In this document: positions 53,018-64,000 of the stretch, piece after piece | How positions within the stretch are numbered: the stretch's first letter is position 1 | How the letters are laid out: each line of letters starts with the position of its first letter | NCBI RefSeq assembly: GCF_964204645.1 | Contig: NC_134028.1 | Span: 5,022,001 to 5,086,000, forward strand | Reading direction: 5' to 3' | Length of the DNA: 64,000 nt | Origin: Tubulanus polymorphus | Lineage: Eukaryota; Animalia; Nemertea | Position numbers and translations under genes: made by a program | The notes under the pieces: generated by a model | Seen by the model: only the letters and a program-made list of their open reading frames with translations | What the model was told of the DNA's origin: nothing | Databases searched by the model: none

Positions 53018-56000
53018 ATGGCTGCCGACCTGACTTTTGGTGGGTAGATCCAAAATTTACATGTTCTAACATTTTATAACTCGTATCAAATAATGCACTT
53101 ACTTGAAACACATCCCGCACTAGTGAATTCATGTTGCTGTCTTTTTAAGGCTTTGCTTTGAACAATCAAATTGATTTTATCCCATGGGGTCTTCTGTTCC
53201 AACTTCGTGTTCTCACTCCATTCTTCCAAATCAAGTATCACTCCCCCACCCCATCGGTATCATCGTCTCTTTCCCTTCTCCACTTATGACTAACTAGGTA
53301 ATTAAAAGCCTAGTCTTCTTCCAAGAGAGTGTCTTCTACTTTGACAGGGGTGCATATCAGAGTAACCTGATATTGTCATTGAATTGATAATGATAACACA
53401 TAATTCTTTTGGCAGTACCAGGTATCAACAACACTGATACGAGCATCAATAATTATAGTTATGTGTTTCATTATGGACACTGTTTCTTTTCACTAAATCA
53501 TATATGTTTTAATGTTTTAACTGAATTTAGGGTCGATTCCGCAGCTTTACAGAGAGGTCTATGACATTATATCCCCGACTCAAGAACAAATAGACCACGA
53601 CACCTTCATAAAAGTTCTCTCAAAGTCAAACCTTCAGAAACATGTCCTAACACAGGTAAAATACATGCTAAACTTTTTTTTGCCGATTAAATTCGACATT
53701 GCATCTTTCTTCTTATTTGTGCTTGTGTTTTTTTCGCAGATATGGGAAACAGCAGATGGTGGAACTGGTCACTTGACCAGGAATGGGCTGTACAAGGCCT
53801 TAGCTCTGACGGCATTAGCTCAACAAGGAAAACAGTTGACTGATAATGTTCTGGAAACTTATACTGATCAAGGTACATGTGTATTATGTTATTTCACTCA
53901 CTTTATTTCAATGTGCTGAAATCTGAAAATCTGCGCGATGTACTTTCTCATTAACTAATATTTATTGCGTGATAGTGGTTTAATCACTAATAATTACTAG
54001 AAGATGCCCCATTTTTAGATTTTATTGCACAATTAAACAGATTATTTTCATTATCAAGCCCTAGATATATTCAAATACGGTACTGCGTGCATGAGTCAAT
54101 GATTCTCGTAAAATTTGTCCTAGAATTTGCCTAAGAATATTAAGTGTGAGTGTACCACAGACACTGACTATAAGGCACGAACCTTATTTTCTTGATACTT
54201 TTAAATGCATGCTGTGACTTGAGATTACCAAAAATATAATGAATGAAAAATGCCATGAGGTCAGTTTAGATTATATATAAAAATCAGTTGTTTACGAGCT
54301 GAGATATTACAGTTTATAAACTCTGATCTGCAAAAGTCACGCAAATTTGAATGAACTGTTTAGGTGGTTGGATACACTATGATTGTAGAGTACTCTAGCT
54401 ACCACTATTAGGAATGGGTAGAAAATAGTAGTTGATAGTCAAAGAATTATCCTGATAGTTTAGTAGTCGAAACTTTCATCTTTATTCAGAGTTACCTAAA
54501 CCATCTCTTGGAGATCTGTCCGACCTGAACAAACTCAGTAGAAAGGTGCACAGGGAGAAGCATCATAATGCTTTACTGTATAGGTTAGTTGTAGGCATAT
54601 CTATTCGTTTATTCTATTCGGAACATTTTATTAATGCATGGATATCAGTCAGTTAAACTTATGAATCATGGAATATTTTCGATGTGAATAGTCTCAGTCT
54701 CTTAGAATAGAATCTATTAATAACTGCAGGTATGAAGAATTATGTCAACTTGATACGGTGAAAGTCGAACTAGTACCAGAGAAAAAAGGCTTGATATTGA
54801 AACATGTCGAGTACGAAATAACCAGTCAGGTAAAGCAAATCATCCGTTACAAACCGAGATATGCCGAGCTCTATTTGATGCGCAGATGCCTCCATTCCTG
54901 TTTTGATCATTGTAGAAGTGTCGTGCTACTGTTCTCCGTCGTTATAACGATTTCGTGTCTCTACACGAGATGCTGTTACTTCGATATCCGTACAGAATGA
55001 TTCCGCGATTACCACCGAAAAAAATGATGGGAGGTAGAAAAATTTCATGCGCTTTAGCCCTATTTGATTTAAAGCACATTTGAAGGGTTTCAAATGTAAA
55101 TTTTTTTCAGCTGATCGATATTTCATCGAAGACAGACGTAAATCTCTGCGACGATTCCTGAACGCCGTTGTCAGACACCCGGTCATCGGTCAAGATAAAG
55201 TAATCAAATACTTTCTCACTTTCAACGGATCAGTAAGTTTGCACGGCTATTCTGATTGGTCTGCTGTGGAAATAACCTAGCATAATTTCTAATGGGTTTT
55301 GATGTCTTTTCAAGGATTTGCAACACAAGATTAAAGCTGCATTTAGTGGTGTCCCCGATGAATTTATGACGAATGAGTTAGCACTAAAAGCCAAGGTATA
55401 ATCTGATTAGAACCCTTTTAGTTTTGCGTTGAATCTAATCCCCAGTGCGTGTACTATTTGTTGGAGTTGAAAATCAAAGAATATAAATTCAACTTAATAT
55501 TCCCTTGAAAGAAGAGATGTATTTTGAATTTGGTGATCATTAAATTTTTGTGCATGTGATATTACCTGAAGTTGTTTTGTTTATGAAGGACCTTGTTCCG
55601 ATGGATACGCAGTTGCAGTTCAGCTCGGCGAGGGAACACCTACGTATATTGACTCAGACGGTAACTCATCTGAGAGACATCGCTGATCGTATGGTCACCC
55701 GTTCCTGTAATGCTGCCAGTGATATGCTCCTGATGGGTAAGGAGCTCAAGTAAGAACCTTTCTTATTTCGTCGTATTGTGAACACGTAGGATCATTTCAA
55801 AAACAGTGCTTCTTATCTTTAACTTGAGTCATGTTACTTTATTCAAACCCCGAATTTCGGAAAACGTTTTTTTTTAACATACCTGGTAAACAATCGTAAA
55901 ATCTTATGTGCATATATTTAAATTAAATCGAATTTACAGTGCGTTGCATAATGATACATCGCTTGTCTCGACGTGGGCGACTGGAAACTGTGATACCTGG

Positions 56001-56899
56001 ATGTACCTGAAAAAAGGTCTGAAGAAAGTCTCCCTCGAATTCACAACATTGTCGGATAAAGAGCGTGAAAAGGTATGCTTCATCAAATGTTGCTTGAAAT
56101 TGATTCTTTTCAAATGAACGACCAACTCATAATCACGGTGTATCTGATTTTAGGGTTTGCAAGAAGATGATGGAATTGTAGAACAATTGAATATATTCCT
56201 TGATATTCTAATAGCATATCGAGTATGTACACAACACCATTCATTGAAACTCTGAAAATTCTGAATTTGCGAACAGTTGTTTAATTGATGTATTCATCGT
56301 AATTTTACAGGATCTATGCGATAGACAAGAGAAAGGTGTTCTTACCGACCACCAGAGGGCTCTTCAAAAAATGGGCCAATATAAAAAGAAGAAAATGACC
56401 GCTACGTTACACGGTCCGTCAGAGGCTGGTACCGTGGAACAACTTGAGCATAGAATATTAGCCGTGAGTAAATATTGAAATCCAGTATTTCTGAAGTTAG
56501 AATTTTCTGAAATTGTTTGATAAAAAATATCAAATACTGTCGATTACAGCAAGAGAATGAAATCAGTAATATGGAGAATAGAAACTATTTCTCGCTTTAC
56601 TGCGTTCAGATGGAATGTCAGTTAGTCCACGCTAACATGGTGTTACTGTACAAAGTGCTGGAGAATATGGCAGACGTGCAGTCGAAATCTCACTCAGAGG
56701 TAAATGAAACACTCCTAACCGCTCAAATCTTTGTCGATATTCCATTTTCTTCTGACATTTCCATTCGTACTTCTCTTTTCTACAGCTCGGTCGCGTTTGG
56801 CAAGAAATGGTGCCGATAATCGCTGAAATATTCCCGCCAACAACTTCGCCATTAGGCTCGCCCCATAACTCGCCAACACAGGCCAGTATATCGATATGA
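53018..56899 (+). CDS. SNX8: Sorting nexin 8 (Mvp1 family PX-BAR) with N-terminal EH-like domain, ~14 exons
   Basis: [124 protein letters not shown]; stop TGA 56897-56899. Confidence 0.93.
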
Positions 56900-59261
56900 T
56901 GTTTCTGAAAACACGTCTCAAAGTTGCATGCGTACACGACATGTCTGTTGGATAATGGTGCTATAAGCCTGTTGCAGATACTGGTCTATCTGTTTTGATA
57001 ACTGCTGCTGAGTCTGTGTTATAAATAAAAGAGAGTGCTAAAATTATGTCAAAAAGGCGAAGTCATATTTCTCAGTTATATCAACACTAAATAATATGAA
57101 TATTATGTGCAATATGCATAATCATAGAACACATAGACCACTCGGCCAGTTTATGTGGTTTTTGAGCTTTTTTTGATTGGAAGAGATTGATGACAGCCCT
57201 TAGTGATATGTAGTGCCCGTTGGTAGATATTTTCTTCAGTTTTTGCACTGTTCTGTGATGGTAGAAATCTGCTCGTATTACTTCAAAAGTAGAACTGAGA
57301 TTTTTTGTTAATGTTTATCTAACTGACTGTTAAGGCATTTACCGGTAGTACTTAAGATTTCTTATCTCAAAATAAAAAAATTGGCGCAGTAACGATACCA
57401 TTTGATTCTAACTCTAAATCGAAAATACTTCATTTGTATTTAAGATTGCGTGATTGGATTCTTAGGAATCAATATCCTAACTCAAAAATCATTAGACTTG
57501 AGAGACTTTTGAATGGAATTTTTCAGATCAATTTTCACTCGCCCTAATAGTCAATCTGGTTAACAATCCCCTGGCCATGCTACTTATGTAGAATCTATGT
57601 AATGTTATTTAGAATATGATCGCTATGCGTATAGATGGTCATGAAATTCAATTTATATTCATTGCCTATGAATTTAACGGCAGATTGTAAACTGTTTCAA
57701 TGATACAATGTTTAGCCATATATTTTAGTGGTGCCAAAATCTGTTATAACAAAAGTACGTAGAATCAGTTACTCTATGTTTATTACTTCTTACTTCATTG
57801 TTCAAACGTGGATTTGAAAAACTAAAGTTAATACTAGTTTATATGTCCGTGGTTAGACTCATAATTCTACTAGCATAGCATATGTTATGTATGATTTATT
57901 CCATCATTTTAGAATTTTGGAGTTGCTTTGAATTTAAAATAAATTCCAATTCCAACATTCCAATAGATATTGTACTGCCGTTAATAATATGACAAATTTA
58001 TATTTTATGATTTAGAAGTTATATACCAGGTAATGCTAATACTACTGCATTAATATTGTATTGATATTAATTGTGTGAAATGTAAGCATAGTTATATACG
58101 TTATTATTGAAAATTGTTTTGTACATTGTATCATACTTTACAGTGTTTTCATGTTTGTAGAATATTTGTAAATATAGTTTCGTTATTTCAGGGGTTGCGA
58201 TACATTTTTACGCTCCTAGGTTTCAAATTTCGACGATTGTTATTACATTTTGTACATGTAACGAAAAGTTTGCCGAAATAATGATTTGATGATGAATTTG
58301 ACAGTTAATTGACACTCTGAATGGCTATCAATAATTCTCATTACAATTGTCAAAGAAACTTAGCCCTTGATTGTTTAATACAATCCTTATATAAAATGTG
58401 CAGGGAAAATAAGTCATATATACCAAATATATTATCTGTTAATTCCATTTATCTGCTCCATTAATATACTGTATTTTTAATGATTCATTTAGGAGTCAAA
58501 CTCGTCCTAGCTGGGATGATCTTAAATAAACAAATCAATGATATCAGTAAGTGGTAGTATGTTTGCTTCAATGTCATCTACAACTGGTGACCAGATAGAA
58601 TCAGATGCCACTTAATTAGGGCCTAGAGTTCTTCAAAATAATTCCCTGTAACTAATCAGTACGTCATGAAGTACTTAAGATGTTTAATTGACATGATATT
58701 TGTTAGTTAAAGAGGTATAACTTGAATTGTTATTGTATAGTTTATTGAATTATCTAAAAAGTCTATTTCGAAATTTCCACGAGGTATTTAGTGTACTAGA
58801 AACGAAACGAATGGTGGAAAACGATAGGTGGTTTATATTTTTGATGTCCTGTTAAAATTTGAATTACTTCTGAAGATTAAATAAATGTATAGTAAGCAAT
58901 TTCTGAATTGTTCGAGTTGATTGTGTTACCGGGTTAAATGGTCATGGAACTGATTTCTTTTTTTATAGGAAAGAGAATTTCCTTAACTATGTAGAGTATT
59001 CATACTTAAGTAGGTGCTTAATTTCATGTTAAACCTCATGCTGCAGTGAAGCAGCACATTGATCACCTGTTAAGGGGGTGGTCCTGGCAACAATGGGATA
59101 CAGGTCAACATATTGTGGGGTCTATCTTCAGCTTTCGTCATTATGACAGGGTCCCTTCAACTCCTTGATTCTTTCAAAACAGAAAAGGCTTTCAAAGGCG
59201 CTCACAACTCTTTTTATTTGAACAAAATGCCCAAAACTTCGACTTAGGAAGGATCGACAGT

Positions 59262-61000
59262 AATAAACCATTTTACAGTTGCTAGCCGCCATTTTGTTAG
59301 GGTACTTTTGTCCCGTATTGTTGGGTCATTTTTTTCTCTTTTTTAAAAACTATCCGTGATGTGTATTGTATCATATTTCATCTGTCCATGGATGGATTTT
59401 GACAACTTCAGCAACATTCAAACCGCGTGAATCTCTAGTTTTCAGTTATGTTAAAATCATTTCTCAAATTTACAACAATGCGACATGAGAGCGATATAAA
59501 AATCGGTGGTCAGTTTTTGCCGTGCGCATAGAAATCCAGGGTACTGAACTTTGAAGTTCGTTTTTTTCAGAAATAATTTTCTAAAAAATCCAAACATTTC
59601 AAGCACTGTGCGCATAAACGCCCCCTTTAGGTGAACTTTGAAATTTTAAGATATCTTGCCTAGTTTTTTTCCTATGGCTCTTTAACTGCAGCGCGTGTAT
59701 TGTCATTCCGAGATTTGGCGCTGTTTTCTTTGCGTGTATTTCAGTATATGGGTGTTATTTCTTCATTTTCACTACACTTGTCTCTACGGAAAATGGTTTT
59801 AATTGTTGGTACGAGTATCAGGTTTAAATATTACGGCATTAATACTGTATTCCGTTCTCCGGCGCTAGTTCGTAATGGCTGTAATGGTAACCGCTTTTAC
59901 GGCAGGCAGAGGCTTACGTACATGCACCCAAGAAAACCCAAAATATCACTCTTTTGTTGTAAATGCAATCCACACACTTCTTGCGTTTTTGGTGATGGTA
60001 GATGTCACTTTTTACTTTTTATCACCTGCGTCTGACATTCGAAAAAAAGAAAACGTTCTCCTATATTTTCTTCCCAATCTAATCAATCTTGAGTGTACTT
60101 AATAGAAAGTATTCATAGAAAGTAGCTGAATATTTGCCCCACCCCATTTGTCCAGCTTTTTGACCACTTCTCCATCCATCTAATTTCAGTAGATTTTTAT
60201 GTAAATTTATTGATAGACTACTGATTTAAATGGTCATCATACTCGATTTTGAGTGCTATATTTCTTTTCTTCTTCCATCTCAATATAGGCCCATATATTC
60301 TCTTCCCGCGCGCAACTTCGAATGCGTGATCAAAATGCCGCTCAGTCTCGCTGCTAAAACTGGTCAGAAAAATCCCTTAAACCCCAACATCTCTAATGTC
60401 TCCGATCTATTATATTGCATAAACGACGTGATATTTAAACCTGATACTCGTACCAACAATTAAAACCATTTTCCGTAGAGACAAGTGTAGTGAAAATGAA
60501 GAAATAACTCCCATATACTGAAATACACGCAAAGAAAACAGCGCCAAATCTCGCAATGACAATACACGCGCTGCAGTTAAAGAGCCATAGGAAAAAAACT
60601 AGGCAAGATATCTTAAAATTTCAAAGTTCACCTAAAAGGGGGCATGTATGCGCACAGTGCTTGAAATGTTTGGATTTTTTAGAAAATTATTTCTGAAAAT
60701 AACGAACTTCAAATTCAGTACCCTGGATTTCTATGCGCACGGCAAAAACTGACCACCGATTTTTATATCGCTCTCATGTCGCATTGTTGTAAATTTGAGG
60801 AATGATTTTAACATAACTGAAAACTAGAGATTCACGCGGTTTGAATGTTGCTGAAGTTGTCAAAATCCATCCATCGACAGATGAAATATGATACAATACA
60901 CATCACGGATAGTTTTTAAAAAAGAGAAAAAAATGACCCAACAATACGGGACAAAAGTACCCTAACAAAATGGCGGCTAGCAACTGTAAAATGGTTTATT
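59262..61000. mobile_element. ~1.74-kb foldback non-autonomous DNA element with ~575-bp inverted arms
   Basis: AATAAACCATTTTACAGTTGCTAGCCGCCATTTTGTTAGGG... (59262 to ~59835) is a near-perfect reverse complement of ~60427-61000; ~590-bp unique spacer; ends readable as AT|AAACC...GGTTT|AT. Confidence 0.92.
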
Positions 61001-63674
61001 GGTATATGAGTGATGCAGACGTTTCATCAAAATCTGAAATTTTCTCCTTAAAAAACTCCTTATATCCAGAAATGACTGATCTGTAGGGACTCAGTTAGAA
61101 CCAAAGAGAACAAGACTAAGAGCAATATTGAGTACATATACATCACTTTACTGTCTTGCATTGAATTTGACAAAATTTTTGCCACTTTTTATTTCATACA
61201 TTCTCGATAAAACTGTAACTCTTCAATAGACGATCATACAAACAACAGTGAAAAATGACATTATGAGAATAGGGTGGATGGTAGAACTGATCGCGATCAA
61301 GAACCACCATCAGATAAAAAACAGAACTACAACATTTTCTTAATATTGCCTAATGATCAACATAAGAATTTCAAATGGTCCAATCAATCCAAAATACAAT
61401 GACGAACCAGAGGCAAGCTTTTAAGACCAGTTATACTTAAGCCTTGGACCCAGTTGCAGTGGGCCTACCTACTAGGGTTACTTCGATTATTCATCAATTG
61501 AGTTCACCACAGTCAGTAGACTTGAATCCAGATATTATCATCAACTTCAAGACACAAAGTCCTAAAAAGCTAGTTAATAAACTGCCTCAGAAAGTTACTA
61601 CAGTTTTTTAACACAAATATATCATCAGACAAATGGTTTTGACCACACCCAGGTGTATTAATTACGTTTACCATTCTTCAACAGAATATTCCTTCACAAA
61701 TAAATAATAGTAATAAATATAAGAACACAAAAAGCACAATTCAATTGTTCATTTTCTGGTTAATACAGTAGACTGCACCTAACTAGGTAGCGTTGAGTGT
61801 AAATATATCACTATTGAAAATCAGGGAAATTGAAATGTGTTAATACCGCGAACTGTAAAACTTTTTGGCTTGGTTTTCGATGGGGCCTGATAATGAGTAA
61901 TGAGAATCTACAATAAACATCTATGATCACAATAATCATAAATGACGTCATACATTGTGCTTTAATTGATAAATATGAATAAATTTATTATTCATAATTT
62001 GATCTATTCACTCGGGGTTCAGGAGTTTGGAGGCAGAAGAACGCCATCGCGTGGAGTAGAGGGGACTGATCAGATTTCTATGCCAGAATTGAGTTTCTAT
62101 GCAAGAATTGAGTTTGGTTGAGATATTCAAAAGGCCATTTGTATTATGCAAAAAAAAAAACGAAATGACAAGAGTCATTTGTACACATGTAAACGTCAAT
62201 GATCAGTTTAGTATGGCGTATAGATGAATAATTAGGTCAGGTTTTTAGAAATTGGCAGCACAGGAATAAAATCAATATATACTTGAGATATCAAATTTGA
62301 TTATTACAATACTGACTCGTGAAGAAGAATGTTTTGTAGTTATAGTGAACACATTGCACATGTAACCGATGCCAGCATCCAATCAAAAAATACAATCAAG
62401 AAAAACCGAAGTTAGATTAAAGCTATAAATATTGAGAAATTGGAAATACATCAAATTGCAAGGGCAGCACTAAGGACACAAGGGCGCATTCGAGTGCAAC
62501 CCAGGCTCCCCTCTGTAAACTCTGCTCCCCTGATTGGTTCAGAAGAAATATACTACTACACTGATTAGCAAACTGTACACTTAATGTTAGATCATCACAG
62601 TCAATAAATATACAGCAATATGCTACCTCAACCCAGTGCCACTAGTCTATGTAGTTAAAATCGGTGCATTTCCATTTGCATTTAACTACGCGGTCTGGCT
62701 CAATAACTGCACCCTAGGGATCGATAAAGATAATAAGATTATTTATATCTTGATTCGGATTGCAAGATAAAAAATTTTGCGAGTCTTTTAAAAGGTTATA
62801 AGGACACTGGACAAACTACTATTGATCGGTTCAGGGGGGATCAGTCCATTAATTACCACATAATATATACCTAGAACACGTCTTGAATAAATCGAATTTC
62901 CTCTATATTTGTGATGCTTGAAATGCATAAAGAGAGGAAAGAGAGAAAGTAAATTGTGTGTAGATATGTAATAAATGGATGACCCCTTAGAAATTTACAA
63001 GCACCTGTAACACTAGTTTCCGAACCTCACAGGTCACGCCTAGACGCTACACTTGGCACAGTCGATAAGATCTCGTCATCATTCAACATTAATATCAATT
63101 AACAAATTATCATTGATGAAAGAAAACTAGCGAGAAGCCGAAAGCCGCACAATATTTCAGAACAGGTCCCTTAGATAAATCAGGAAAGTACATTAACATT
63201 CATATAGACTTTTACAAATTACATCGCACAGGAAAAGCGTTTTCAAGTTTCGATTATCTCCGGGTTTTTCTTTTCGAGGTTTTTAAATTCACGAGAACTT
63301 ATTACAAGGGCATTTTATAAAACTTTCACCGAGCGACCATTTTCACAAACCATTAGAAAAACTGCATACTACACATTCTCAAGTCGATTCAACACATCAA
63401 GCGTTTTATTTATTTACAAATGATCTGATTATAATTGAAGATAATACACAGGGACTAGGCAGGAACGTGGTGTTATATGAATCATATATATTCTATAATA
63501 TATTTGTTACTTAAAATGACGTGCGACGTTCATTAAACTTCCTGCTGTAACTAAAATCAACATTGAGAAATTCATCAAGTCTATTGTCAAATTAATTCAA
63601 CAAAACAGTTTCACTGGGTTGATAAATATTCTGCGAAACTATAGAGGTGGGTACTACTATTGAATAAAGCTACA

Positions 63675-63793
63675 GGGCCATGTCGCAGTCGTGACTTGAG
63701 TCCAAGTCATCTTAACTCTTCAGACTACCTGGGTAGTCTTAAATGGTTAGATTGGCTGGTTTTAAATCTAAGCCATAACTGTGCAACTGGCCC
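63675..63793. mobile_element. Harbinger-type MITE, same family as 39004 and ~10760
   Basis: GGGCCATGTCGCAGTCGTGACTT ... AAGCCATAACTGTGCAACTGGCCC imperfect TIRs. Confidence 0.55.
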
Positions 63794-64000
63794 CAATCCA
63801 ATTCCAATCAAATGATGACATCTCGGCGCAATCAGAAATTTCCCCTCATATTCTGATACGAAAGCTGCCTACAATTTCACGAACATTTTTGTATTTCACT
63901 AAATGCGAGATGAAAATTGAAAAGAAGATTTGAAGCCTCAGACACACGATTAGTAACCAAATTTTGAAATGAATCGAGCATGTTTCAAATTAGCGTCCAC

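Noticed and set aside
12981-58504. Shared 14-mer AGGAGTCAAACTCG downstream of both iRhom and SNX8
   Set aside because: Too short; chance or a repeat fragment is as likely as a shared UTR element.
59915-60030. Minus-strand PSPKTQEVCGLHL, faintly like a THAP C-x2-HF motif, in the foldback spacer
   Set aside because: In-frame stop just upstream and too short to call a transposase remnant without a search.
61001-64000. Possible gene in the last 3 kb
   Set aside because: AT-rich with no supported coding exon; looks like intergenic or 3' UTR sequence of a gene outside the window.

Overview
AT-rich animal genomic DNA (invertebrate; gene order suggests a lophotrochozoan) with short GT-AG introns. 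Nine intron-containing protein-coding genes lie in strictly alternating orientation: METTL14 (+), UQCRC2 (-), inactive rhomboid iRhom/RHBDF (+), a 155-aa uncharacterised membrane protein (-), a TspanC8 tetraspanin (+), a caspase-3/7-like gene with almost no prodomain (-), epsin (+), IQCE (-) and an SNX8 with an N-terminal EH-like domain (+). Introns and UTRs carry many non-autonomous palindromic DNA elements, including three large foldbacks of about 0.55, 1.16 and 1.74 kb. The most notable signals are: a minimal Penelope-type hammerhead ribozyme motif inside a hairpin in a METTL14 intron; EH-PX-BAR SNX8 near NPF-bearing epsin; iRhom and TspanC8 flanking an unknown membrane protein; and IQCE with modular IQ exons plus a 1323-nt frame-preserving exon. 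Exon coordinates were read by eye and may be off by a few bases. No database searches were run.
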